This document shows, piece by piece, positions 6,872 to 15,569 of a stretch of DNA of 32,000 nucleotides. Under the pieces are notes generated by a model. That model saw only the letters and a program-made list of their open reading frames with translations. It was not told the DNA's origin and made no database searches. The translations under genes were made by a program, and so were the position numbers. The DNA is taken from positions 1 to 32,000 of the forward strand of contig NC_014824.1 in assembly GCF_000179635.2 (NCBI RefSeq), in the 5' to 3' direction. Origin of the DNA: Ruminococcus albus 7 = DSM 20455 (GTDB lineage Bacteria > Bacillota > Clostridia > Oscillospirales > Ruminococcaceae). Positions within the stretch are counted from its first letter, which is position 1, and the number at the start of each line of letters is the position of its first letter.

Positions 6872-9800
6872 ATGGGAAAAATAAAAACATTATTATTGCA
6901 TAACCATACGGACAACTCAATTAAAGATGGAGCACAGACTCCGAAAGAACTTGTACAGAGAGCTAAAGAGCTTGATGCACCTGCTGTAACATTAACGGAT
7001 CATGGTGTGCTTACAGGAATATTCGAGTTTATGAATGCATGCGAAGAAGAAAACATAAAGGGTATCCCCGGTGTGGAAGCATATATAAAAGAAGATGAAG
7101 ATGAAACGAGAAGACATCTTGTTATTCTTGCTAAAGATGCGCAGGGCTACAAAGCGATTGAAAAAGCAGTTACGGAAAGCAATCAGCGCCTGGTGACGAT
7201 CCCTTCCATGAAAAAGGACATACCTACTATGAATAAGGCTATCCTGACAAAATGGTTTGGAGAAGGAGCTATGGGGCATGACCATACAATAGCTACATCA
7301 GCATGCGTGCAGGGCGTTATTGCGACGGAGCTTACACAGAACAACAAGTATCAGAAGAACATAGATAAAGCATTAGAAAAAAGAAAGAATTATCACAATC
7401 CCTCTTCTACTATATTTATAGAACTTTCAAAAAAGCTTGAGGATGCTTCCGCAAAAGATAAGGAAATGAAAGAAAAACAAAAAGAACTGAAGAAAGAAGC
7501 TAATCTGGCAACTAAAAAAGCTGAAAATTACATGAAAAAGAAGGAAGGTACACCTGACTACGACGAGGCAAAAGCAGCTTATGACAATCTTATAGAAAGA
7601 AAAGAACTTGCAGCTAAAGAACTTATCACTGTTCAGTCTGAGCTTGCAGTATGTAAAAAACACATAAATGAAATAAAATCGAAAATAAAGCCGTTAAAGG
7701 ACAGTTTTGCAAATTATACAAAATACGACTCGATCGTAAAGGAATACGAAGCAAAGCTTCTTGATGAGAAAACCTTACTGGAAAATGCAAGAAAAGAAGC
7801 CTTGTACTATTCTGAATTATTCGGTAAAAACAATTTTTTTATAGAACTTCAATTTCATGGATTTGAAGATGAACAGTATGTATTTCCAAGACTTTGTAAT
7901 ATTGCTAAAGGATTGAACATACCATGTGTTCCTGCCAACGATGCACACTATACCTATAAAACAGACGCAAAAAGAAGAGAAATGCTTGTAGCTGACTCCT
8001 TCAAGAAAATCATAGAAACATTGGATGAAAGATCTTGTCAGCTTTTCATCAAATCTGATGAAGAACTAACTGAAGCGTTGACTCAGATACTCACTAAAAA
8101 GGACGTTGAACAGGCATTTGAAAATCTCAGACTTATAGCTGACAATTGCAATGTTGTTCTTCCCAAAGAACATCATTATCCTGTTTATCATCTTCCCGAA
8201 GGTGAAACAGACTCGTCCTATATTAGAAAGCTTGTTCTTGAAGGTGTAGAAAAAAGATACCCAGGCGGTAAAGCATCTGACGGAACAGTATGGGATCAGG
8301 AACATATCAACAGAATGGAATCAGAGCTGGAAATAATCGGAAAAATGGGATATAACCATTATCATCTGGTAGTTCAGGATTATCTCAATTTCGGAAGAAA
8401 ACTCGGATTCAACTGCCCGGAAGGTGTAGGATATACGATAGGACCCGGCAGAGGCTCAGCTGTAGGTTCATTGGTATGTTATCTGCTCGGCATAACCGAC
8501 CTTGATCCATTAAAGTACAATCTTTTCTTTGAAAGATATTTGAACCCCGAACGAGTATCTATGCCGGATATCGATGCGGACTTTGCTAATTTTGTAAGAG
8601 AAGACTGTATTGATTATATGAGAGAAAAATACGGAGTTGAAGGCGTTTGCGGAGTTACTACAAAGGGAACACTCGGAATTAAAGCAGCTATCCTGCTTGC
8701 AGGACGAGTAAACCCTAAAACTCATGATGACGTTCAGAGAGTTCGTGCAATCTCTAAATTAGTCCCCAAAGGAGCAAAACATTTTACAGATCTAATCGAT
8801 GTGGCAGATAAAAGCAAAGGCGACATAAAAAGCTTTATGCTCAGCAAATACTCTGCAGGAAGCATAGAAAGACAAATAATCGAAGATGCATCAAGTGTCG
8901 AAGGATTAACCGTCAACTATGGAAGACATGCTGCGGCAGTCATCATATCGGATACGGGTAACGTGTCCGATCAGGTAGCGCTGATGAGTACCGGCGGTGC
9001 CTGGGCAGTACAGTGTACTAAAGAAGAGGCAGAAGCAGAAGTCGGATTATTGAAGATGGACTTTCTCGGGCTCATAAACTTAGATATTATTACAGCGACT
9101 TTACGAAAAATTTATCGTAACACAAGACGCAAGATCAATATGAATACGGATGTTCATTTTGAAGATGAAGTCTTTGAGGGAATATTCTCTACAGGAAATA
9201 CTGATGCTGTATTCCAGTTTTCATCTGATGGAATGAAACAGATGCTTAAGGAATTCAGACCATCATCTTTTGAAGACATCATATTGCTTGTTGCTGCTTA
9301 CAGACCCGGCCCGATGCAGTATCTTTCAGATATCATTGCTGTAAAACACGGCAGAAAACCGGAATCATACGCAATACCGGAACTTAAACCTATTCTTAAC
9401 GGCACATACGGCAAAACTGTATATCAGGAGCAAGTGCAGGAAATCTTCAAAAAACTTGCAGGCTATTCTCTTGGACAGGCTGACCTTGTTAGAAGGGCGA
9501 TGTCTAAGAAAAAACTGAAAGAGCTTGCAAAAGAAAAAGAATCTTTTCTGCACGGAGATCCCGAAAGAGGAATAAAAGGCTGTATTGCTAACGGAATAAA
9601 TGAAGCTGATGCCAATATACTCTTTGACGAAATGATGGATTTTGCATCTTATGCATTCAATAAGAGTCATGCAGCGGCTTATGCTTATGTGGCTTATCAG
9701 ACAGCATGGTTGAAATATCACTATCCGACCGAATACATGGCTGCGGTCATGGAACATTCCAAATATGACAAACTGCCTATGTACATTTATAATAGCAGAG

Positions 9801-10915
9801 ATATGGGACTTACTGTTAAGATCCCGGACATCAATAAATCAGACGTAGGGTTCATAGCTGAAAAAGATTCTATCATTTTTGGCTTTAGCGGAATGAAAGG
9901 TGTCGGAGACGTAGATATCGAAAAAATAATCGAAGAACGCAAGAAAGGAGAATTTAAGTCACTTAAAAATTTTATTTCAAGAACTAATTTATCTATCGAT
10001 ACCTTGAAAAACCTTGTTTTCGGTGGAGCTTTTGATTGTTTTGGACAGACAAGGAAATCAATGTTCAGTTATGTTGAAAGCTTAAAAGATATAAAAAGCG
10101 AAATAGAAAGTATTCAGTCAAAAATTGATGTTTTGACAGAAAAGATGAACGAAGATGCTTCTGAAAAGGACAAGAAAAAGCTAAGAGAGCTTGAAAAGAA
10201 CTGTGATGAATATAAAACAAAGTATCAAGACCTTATTTGCGAACAGGGCTACGAAGATAAGATCGGAAGATTGACCGCAGAGAGGAATATATTGGGAACT
10301 TTTATCAGTGACCATCCGATCAACAGTTATAAACTGGAAAACAGTGTCAAGATCAAAGATCTTCAGCCCGGAAATGATATTACAGTATATGGATTAATAA
10401 CAGATTTTCGTTTACTGACAAAAAAATCTACAGGAGAAAATTTCTGCAGCTTTAATCTTGATGACGGTACCGGAGTGATCCAAGCGATGGTTTTCACAAA
10501 GGCTTATGAAAATTTTGGAGAAAAGCTTGTAGAAAATGAGGTCGTATGTCTTACAGGATTCATAAAAGAGGAAACTGTACAGTCTTTCTCAAACAGCGAG
10601 GAGGATGATGCAGACGAAGAAAAGATCTTAAAATTCTACGCGAACAACATTGGCAAAAAGCCGATAAAAAAACAGTATTCAATACTTCTCGTTCTTAAAA
10701 CTTCTGCTATGTTGCTGGCAAATACGATAGATGGGAAGAAACTTATCGATTATATAACAGAAAATTATGAGTCACCGAACGGGATAGGCTACAATCTTCT
10801 TGTATACGATGAGACCTTCTCACAGATACGAAGAACAGATAAAGGGTTGATAGTTAAGTCCTCTATACTGATGGATAAAAATCTAAAAACCCAAAAAGTT
10901 CAGATAATGGAATAA
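6872..10915 (+). CDS. dnaE: DNA polymerase III alpha subunit, DnaE type, with a coiled-coil insertion in the PHP domain, 1347 aa
   Basis: Start refined to ATG 6872 (GGAGG at 6860-6864). PHP motifs: LHNHTDNSIKDG, TLTDHG, GVEAY, ANDAHY. Palm motif: GPGRGSAVGSLVCYLLGITDLDP...ERVSMPDIDADF. Further motifs: GLLKMDFLGL, AVFQFSS, RPGPMQ, YGKTVYQEQVQEI, LGQADLVRRAMSKKK, FNKSHAAAYAYVAYQTAWLKYHYP. HhH: GMKGVGD. C-terminal OB fold: ITVYGLITDF...FNLDDGTG. Confidence 0.93.
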   Translation: MGKIKTLLLHNHTDNSIKDGAQTPKELVQRAKELDAPAVTLTDHGVLTGIFEFMNACEEENIKGIPGVEAYIKEDEDETRRHLVILAKDAQGYKAIEKAVTESNQRLVTIPSMKKDIPTMNKAILTKWFGEGAMGHDHTIATSACVQGVIATELTQNNKYQKNIDKALEKRKNYHNPSSTIFIELSKKLEDASAKDKEMKEKQKELKKEANLATKKAENYMKKKEGTPDYDEAKAAYDNLIERKELAAKELITVQSELAVCKKHINEIKSKIKPLKDSFANYTKYDSIVKEYEAKLLDEKTLLENARKEALYYSELFGKNNFFIELQFHGFEDEQYVFPRLCNIAKGLNIPCVPANDAHYTYKTDAKRREMLVADSFKKIIETLDERSCQLFIKSDEELTEALTQILTKKDVEQAFENLRLIADNCNVVLPKEHHYPVYHLPEGETDSSYIRKLVLEGVEKRYPGGKASDGTVWDQEHINRMESELEIIGKMGYNHYHLVVQDYLNFGRKLGFNCPEGVGYTIGPGRGSAVGSLVCYLLGITDLDPLKYNLFFERYLNPERVSMPDIDADFANFVREDCIDYMREKYGVEGVCGVTTKGTLGIKAAILLAGRVNPKTHDDVQRVRAISKLVPKGAKHFTDLIDVADKSKGDIKSFMLSKYSAGSIERQIIEDASSVEGLTVNYGRHAAAVIISDTGNVSDQVALMSTGGAWAVQCTKEEAEAEVGLLKMDFLGLINLDIITATLRKIYRNTRRKINMNTDVHFEDEVFEGIFSTGNTDAVFQFSSDGMKQMLKEFRPSSFEDIILLVAAYRPGPMQYLSDIIAVKHGRKPESYAIPELKPILNGTYGKTVYQEQVQEIFKKLAGYSLGQADLVRRAMSKKKLKELAKEKESFLHGDPERGIKGCIANGINEADANILFDEMMDFASYAFNKSHAAAYAYVAYQTAWLKYHYPTEYMAAVMEHSKYDKLPMYIYNSRDMGLTVKIPDINKSDVGFIAEKDSIIFGFSGMKGVGDVDIEKIIEERKKGEFKSLKNFISRTNLSIDTLKNLVFGGAFDCFGQTRKSMFSYVESLKDIKSEIESIQSKIDVLTEKMNEDASEKDKKKLRELEKNCDEYKTKYQDLICEQGYEDKIGRLTAERNILGTFISDHPINSYKLENSVKIKDLQPGNDITVYGLITDFRLLTKKSTGENFCSFNLDDGTGVIQAMVFTKAYENFGEKLVENEVVCLTGFIKEETVQSFSNSEEDDADEEKILKFYANNIGKKPIKKQYSILLVLKTSAMLLANTIDGKKLIDYITENYESPNGIGYNLLVYDETFSQIRRTDKGLIVKSSILMDKNLKTQKVQIME

Positions 10916-10930
10916 TTATTTCCCCAAAAA

Positions 10931-10968
10931 AGCGAGGCTAAAAAAATTAGCTTCGCTATTTTTTTTAT
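10931..10968 (+). terminator. Rho-independent terminator after dnaE
   Basis: Stem AGCGAGGCTAA / TTAGCTTCGCT (one G-U pair) with an A5 loop, followed by a T-run. An A-tract lies upstream. Confidence 0.75.
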
Positions 10969-10973
10969 TTAGA

Positions 10974-10990
10974 CAATTTTCTGCTATAAT
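10974..10990 (+). promoter_or_regulatory. Recurrent promoter motif copy P5 (CAATTTTCTGCTATAAT)
   Basis: Extended -10 TGCTATAAT. It is identical over 16 nt to P7 and P8, and lies 41 nt upstream of ATG 11031. Confidence 0.6.
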
Positions 10991-11030
10991 ATATTTGTAG
11001 AAAAAATAACACACTGAGGAGGTGATACTA

Positions 11031-11522
11031 ATGAAGAAAAAACTTATCATGAGTCTTGTGGCTTTAGCTGCTTGCCTGAGTGCATGCGGGAGTTCCGGCA
11101 AAGAAGCAATACAAAAAGAGCCTTCGAGTTATTATACACAAACAAATTTGTCGGCGCTTGAATACTCAATGTACATAGCAAACAAAATTTCCGTAGCAAC
11201 AGGACAGCTCAATACCCATATGGCAAAGATAAAAAATGTAGCTGATGGTTCTTGCTCGTATGAAGATGAAATAAGCGCCATTGATTCTTCAATCGAGACT
11301 TTAAAAGAAGACAAAGTGGATCTCTCTTATGTTTATCCCCCTGACAGCTACTCAAGAACCAGAGAAGATGCTCTTACATACTGGCAGGATGCTATAGATA
11401 AACTGCAGGAAGTATCCGATGAGTTATCCGATAACGATATCACAAGTGATAGAGCGATCGAATTATCATCCAGACTTTCAGACATCTACACATCCATACA
11501 ATCGCTTAATTTCGTAGTTTGA
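11031..11522 (+). CDS. Lipoprotein, 163 aa
   Basis: Start refined to ATG 11031 (GAGGAGG at 11016-11022). Signal peptide MKKKLIMSLVALAACLSAC with lipobox L-S-A-C. Confidence 0.7.
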   Translation: MKKKLIMSLVALAACLSACGSSGKEAIQKEPSSYYTQTNLSALEYSMYIANKISVATGQLNTHMAKIKNVADGSCSYEDEISAIDSSIETLKEDKVDLSYVYPPDSYSRTREDALTYWQDAIDKLQEVSDELSDNDITSDRAIELSSRLSDIYTSIQSLNFVV

Positions 11523-11592
11523 TACATTACCGAGGATGTAATAACAATCTGCTGTCTCTCGGATATAGACAGTATTTAAATGAGGTGGAAAC

Positions 11593-12426
11593 ATGGCAAA
11601 GGCCAATTATATTTCTTTTTTAGGTCAGATCTTGAATGATCCGCAGCTTAAGATGAATTCGAATTCGGAAATCTTTCAGGGCCGATTGGTCATGAAAGTC
11701 GTAAGGCGTTTTGTTGATGAAAACAGAAGGATCGAGTTTTCTGACCCTATAATCGTTACCGGAAACCCCAAAGTGGCTAAAATGATGACAAATCTTAAAA
11801 AGTGGGATATTTGCTCCTTAAAAGGGGTGCTCACAACAATGAATGTTACCCGTTCATGGATCTGTCCTGAGTGCGATTATACAAATCAGCCTGTTGGTAT
11901 GTATACTTTAATCACTCCTATCTTTATGGAAAAAACCATGGATATGTCACAGGCGTTTTCGTCTTCTGATGAGAGAGATCAGCTTTGCGAAGCGGAAGGC
12001 ATTAAGATACTTAAATCTCACAACGAAGTCTCCAATATAATACATGTTATCGGTACTGTTTGTAAAATGACCGAACTTTACGATAACGGAACTTCGGCTA
12101 CACTTAACTTTCAGATCGCTGTTAATCGTAGTTTCCGACTGATAGAAGGCGATCCGGATATCAGAACGGATTATCCTTGGGTAAAGCTTCATGGAGATAA
12201 AGCAAGAGAAGCAGCAAGAGTTCTTAGTGTAAATTCAACCGTATTTATTGACGGATCTATTTTTACAAAGATGGTCCAGAAGAAAACATACTGTGAAAAA
12301 TGCGGCAACGAACACGTTATAAATGAGCTTGTTACCGAGATACATCCGTACTCCGTGGAATATCTGCATAACTGTAATCTTCCTGCTGATGAATATACCG
12401 AAGACTATACTGATTTCCCCGGATAA
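11593..12426 (+). CDS. Putative ssDNA-binding protein with two tandem OB-fold-like halves, each followed by a CxxC pair, 277 aa
   Basis: The N-terminal half NYISFLGQILNDPQLK...RLVMKVVRR...IIVTGNPKVAKMM..LKKWDICSLKGVLTT follows the SSB strand pattern and ends in CPEC. The second half IIHVIGTVCKM...ATLNFQIAVNRSF...VKLHGDKAREAA..L..NSTVFIDGSIFT ends in CEKC. It sits in the replication neighbourhood. The fold assignment comes from pattern only. Confidence 0.45.
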   Translation: MAKANYISFLGQILNDPQLKMNSNSEIFQGRLVMKVVRRFVDENRRIEFSDPIIVTGNPKVAKMMTNLKKWDICSLKGVLTTMNVTRSWICPECDYTNQPVGMYTLITPIFMEKTMDMSQAFSSSDERDQLCEAEGIKILKSHNEVSNIIHVIGTVCKMTELYDNGTSATLNFQIAVNRSFRLIEGDPDIRTDYPWVKLHGDKAREAARVLSVNSTVFIDGSIFTKMVQKKTYCEKCGNEHVINELVTEIHPYSVEYLHNCNLPADEYTEDYTDFPG

Positions 12427-12443
12427 CGAAAGGATGTGCTGAA

Positions 12444-13277
12444 ATGGCTAATCTTCTTAACGAAAGACTTAATTTGGATAATGATGATACACCAAAGAAG
12501 AAAAAAACAAAAAAAATAAAAAGAAAAAAAACTGAACCACAAAGCCAAATAATAAAACCTATAAATAAAAATGAAGTATTAGAAAAAAATAATAACTCTA
12601 TTTATGACGAAGAACTGGAAGCGTTGACCGCGGATGAATACATTCGTGAGCAAAAAGCGATCAAAAAAAGCAATAGAAAAATTTACTTTACGAAAATCTT
12701 TATGTGTTTTATGTGCGCGTATCTGCTTTTCTTGATATACGGCGTAATGGTAACAAACTACGATTACGACGAAAAGGGAAATGTTACTGCGCAGATATTA
12801 AGCATAGAGGATATACAAAATCAGAATGAATATTCAGCTCTTATGGGCTATTATATAGAAGCACGAAACATTTATGAAAAAATACTTATTTTGAATTATC
12901 GTTATGATCAAAGCGAAGAAGATGCACTTGATCTTGTGCCTGAGTATGAAACGGTGCTTGAAGATGTAAATAAGCTTATAGTTCAACTAAAAGCAGTTAC
13001 TCCCTCAAAGCAGTATTCTCAGGCTTACTCACTTTTGATCAGTTGGGTAGATACGGACATTGCATCTTTTTTACAGGAAATTTCTGCAGCTATCTCGCAA
13101 AATAATGCGGAACATATGCAGAATGCAATAAATGATAAAACAAGAACATATAATGACTGCCATCAGCTTACAGCTAATATGATAAGCCTTGGTGAACATG
13201 TAAAGGGCGTAAGTATTTCTGAACTGAAGGAGTGGTCTCCTGAAGAATTTTTAAAGAAAGAAATGGGTGATGTCTAA
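12444..13277 (+). CDS. Hypothetical membrane protein with a Lys-rich N-terminus and one TM, 277 aa
   Basis: Long ORF in the operon frame. N-terminus KKKKTKKIKRKK. TM segment IFMCFMCAYLLFLIYGVMV. No recognisable domain. Confidence 0.5.
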   Translation: MANLLNERLNLDNDDTPKKKKTKKIKRKKTEPQSQIIKPINKNEVLEKNNNSIYDEELEALTADEYIREQKAIKKSNRKIYFTKIFMCFMCAYLLFLIYGVMVTNYDYDEKGNVTAQILSIEDIQNQNEYSALMGYYIEARNIYEKILILNYRYDQSEEDALDLVPEYETVLEDVNKLIVQLKAVTPSKQYSQAYSLLISWVDTDIASFLQEISAAISQNNAEHMQNAINDKTRTYNDCHQLTANMISLGEHVKGVSISELKEWSPEEFLKKEMGDV

Positions 13278-14786
13278 GTGTCGGCATATAATGATCTGCT
13301 TAATAAGTACAATACTCTGGTAGCTAGATGCCAGTCCCTGCAGGAAACACTGATAAGTAAGGAACAGCAGTGGAATATAGAAGCGGAAGAACATAAAATC
13401 GTAGAAGATAATATAAAAAAATTATGCATACTAATTCTGGCAAAAGATAAATCGCAGATAAATCTCGGTTCAAACAGTGGCTCATGGAACGCTTGTCAGA
13501 TAAGAGATCTGATCATCCAATCAATCGACAGCTATAAAAAATACAACCGGGAAAGATCATTAACTCTACAACAGTTGCTGGATCTTGCGGAAGAAAAACA
13601 ACATACTATCGATGGATTAATAGACGAACTGGAATTCTATAAAAACAACAGCGGGAAAAACGTTGACTACGCAGAAGAAAAGGAATCGAAGGCAAAGGAA
13701 AAAGCTCTCGAAGAGGCGATTGAAGGGCTTGATTTTGAGGAGAAGCAGAAGATAAAAAACAATAACGCTAATATTCAGCTCATCGACAATGAATCCGGAG
13801 TGAGTGACCTTATTCTTGATGCGATGGAAGAACTGGATACATTTATGCCAACCGAAAAATCTGTTCCGATCAAAGATTCCAACGGAAAGATCGCTTTGGC
13901 AAGAGAAAAAAAGCGTCAAAATAACGTTGTAAAAAAATTTGCATCCGAAATGGATGTCGGGAGAGTTCTGAATGATCTGTCTCCTGTTCAAAAAGACATC
14001 ATCACTATAATAGGCGAAAAGGGTTTATCCGAAAATATGGAAATAATCCAGGAGTTGTACAAGGATGAAAAAAACAAGACAAAAACAAAAGATAGCTTAA
14101 GTTCTATGATATACACAGCAGAAAGGGAATTACAGGCAACCGGTGTTATAATTTCGGAAAATACAGCTATTCCTCTTGTAGGAAAAGCAAATGTCAAGAT
14201 AATAAGAATGACAGAACTTGGAAACCGACTGTATTCTATGATGCATAACAAAAAGCCTGTTATTTCCGAAGCAAACAGACTTCAGGCAGAACATGATAAT
14301 ATCCATCATGGGTATGGTATTAAAGCTATCTCGCAAAGTATGCAAAGCTGTGATCTTTACTCGCATGTAAGCATGGATTGCCGAAGAGATCCGTTTATAG
14401 TTGATAAAAACAAAAATAGAAATGTAACATACATTCCTGATATAATTGCTGTTTACAAAAATGGTGACGAAAAATGCTACTTTGAGTATGAAAGATGTAG
14501 TCGTCCCGATGATGTAATTGCTGAAAAATGCAATAAAATGTGTCATTTTACACGAAACATGTATTTTCTGACCAACAATAGTAACCACGCTAATAATTTA
14601 GCTAAACAGCTTACAAAATGGAAAAAAGAAGCTGCTAAAAGAAAAATTAAAGCCAAGATCTTTTTATCTACAGTAAAAAGTTTTCAAGCTAATAATTTTG
14701 ACATAAAGGAAAAATGGCAGTTTTATTGGGGTGACAATGACATTGAACCAATAACGGAAACGAAAGTAGATATGCCCGATAATTAA
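13278..14786 (+). CDS. Coiled-coil protein with a wHTH-like middle and a PD-(D/E)xK-like C-terminal motif (replication-relaxation-like?), 502 aa
   Basis: GTG start directly abuts the upstream TAA, and there is no in-frame ATG for about 180 codons. The C-terminus NIHHGYGIK...YIPDIIAVYKNGDEKCYFEYERCS...EKCNKM fits the restriction-endonuclease-fold pattern H...PD...ExE/K. The functional call is tentative. Confidence 0.45.
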   Translation: MSAYNDLLNKYNTLVARCQSLQETLISKEQQWNIEAEEHKIVEDNIKKLCILILAKDKSQINLGSNSGSWNACQIRDLIIQSIDSYKKYNRERSLTLQQLLDLAEEKQHTIDGLIDELEFYKNNSGKNVDYAEEKESKAKEKALEEAIEGLDFEEKQKIKNNNANIQLIDNESGVSDLILDAMEELDTFMPTEKSVPIKDSNGKIALAREKKRQNNVVKKFASEMDVGRVLNDLSPVQKDIITIIGEKGLSENMEIIQELYKDEKNKTKTKDSLSSMIYTAERELQATGVIISENTAIPLVGKANVKIIRMTELGNRLYSMMHNKKPVISEANRLQAEHDNIHHGYGIKAISQSMQSCDLYSHVSMDCRRDPFIVDKNKNRNVTYIPDIIAVYKNGDEKCYFEYERCSRPDDVIAEKCNKMCHFTRNMYFLTNNSNHANNLAKQLTKWKKEAAKRKIKAKIFLSTVKSFQANNFDIKEKWQFYWGDNDIEPITETKVDMPDN

Positions 14787-14798
14787 TTTTGTCAGATG

Positions 14799-14815
14799 CA
14801 ATTTTCTCATATAAT
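14799..14815 (+). promoter_or_regulatory. Recurrent promoter motif copy P6 (CAATTTTCTCATATAAT)
   Basis: Motif match 26 nt upstream of ATG 14841. No terminator lies upstream, so read-through from the P5 operon is possible. Confidence 0.5.
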
Positions 14816-14840
14816 TAAAATGTGAAAGGAGAATGATTTT

Positions 14841-15020
14841 ATGGCTGATATAATTCATTCATTTATAGCGTTCAATGTTAACGCGTTCAATCATCTTGTA
14901 TATTTACTCTCTCAGAATATCTCTATTATCATTATTCTGATTGCTGCCGTTCTAACGGCTGTTTTATCGCTCAAGGATGTCGTAGTTAAGTCTACCCGTG
15001 ATCAGAGACCAATGATTTAA
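14841..15020 (+). CDS. Small single-TM hydrophobic peptide, 59 aa (missing from the ORF track because it is under 60 aa)
   Basis: ATG 14841 follows AAAGGAGAA (14825-14833). Hand translation: MADIIHSFIAFNVNAFNHLVYLLSQNISIIIILIAAVLTAVLSLKDVVVKSTRDQRPMI, with TAA at 15018-15020. It fills the otherwise empty gap between P6 and the next gene. Confidence 0.5.
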   Translation: MADIIHSFIAFNVNAFNHLVYLLSQNISIIIILIAAVLTAVLSLKDVVVKSTRDQRPMI

Positions 15021-15035
15021 TAAGGAGTGATAAAT

Positions 15036-15554
15036 ATGAAAGGTGTTAATAAAGAAGTATACAAAGAGCCCATGACATCTCAGGAAGCAACTGCTTATAT
15101 AAAAGCCATTGGTTATCCTGTATTGATACTGCTCTTGTCGATGTTTTCTATAAGTGTTTTTTCCGGATTCGGCACAAGACTTATCGCTCCATTGACAGCC
15201 GCAATGTGGGGAGTGGGTGTGATCGGAGCTCTTGTATTAAAATCGATGAGAAAAGAAATCTTAAAAGAAACGCTTGCTTTTATCGGTATTTATCAGACAA
15301 CTCTCCTCGGATGGAGAGAGGCTATAAAGTTAGTATCGAACGTATCCACTGAGCAGATCATGGCATCCTATAATCAAGTGATATCGTTAAACCAGAGTTC
15401 TGCATTGCCCGGATACCTTCAAACGGCACTATGGGCGACAACGATCCTTGTGCCGGCGGGTTTTCTCGGAAGAGAAGCAACGCGAATATATAGGTTTACT
15501 AAAAAAACAGACAAAAACAAAGCTTTGAATCAAGTTCGTGGCATCAGACCATAG
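15036..15554 (+). CDS. Polytopic membrane protein (2-4 TM), 172 aa
   Basis: Start refined to ATG 15036 (AAGGAG at 15022-15027). TM segments: YPVLILLLSMFSISVFSGF, LIAPLTAAMWGVGVIGALVL and LQTALWATTILVPAGFLG. TAG stop. Confidence 0.6.
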   Translation: MKGVNKEVYKEPMTSQEATAYIKAIGYPVLILLLSMFSISVFSGFGTRLIAPLTAAMWGVGVIGALVLKSMRKEILKETLAFIGIYQTTLLGWREAIKLVSNVSTEQIMASYNQVISLNQSSALPGYLQTALWATTILVPAGFLGREATRIYRFTKKTDKNKALNQVRGIRP

Positions 15555-15569
15555 AAAGGAGAATAGGGA

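Noticed and set aside
10969-10975. TAGACA just upstream of P5 as a possible -35 box
   Set aside because: It lies only 9 nt from the -10 hexamer, far from the 16-18 nt optimum. No equivalent element exists at the other motif copies.
10916-11101. 61-aa minus-strand ORF in the dnaE-lipoprotein intergenic region
   Set aside because: It spans the terminator hairpin, promoter copy P5 and the signal-peptide region of the + strand lipoprotein gene. It has no RBS.
11523-11592. Possible terminator between the lipoprotein and SSB-like genes (CTGTCT...AGACAG hairpin)
   Set aside because: It has only a 6-bp stem with a 9-nt loop and a weak T tail (TATTT). No promoter motif follows, so the genes are more likely co-transcribed.
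306-14858. Numerous 60-150-aa minus-strand ORFs nested in the helicase, dnaE and neighbouring genes (for example 1026-1439, 4131-4466, 6992-7285, 9365-9757, 13617-13991, 14130-14588)
   Set aside because: They are antisense to long ORFs with strong domain evidence. Their products are Cys/Phe/Ile-rich nonsense typical of AT-rich antisense frames. They have no RBS or promoter motif.
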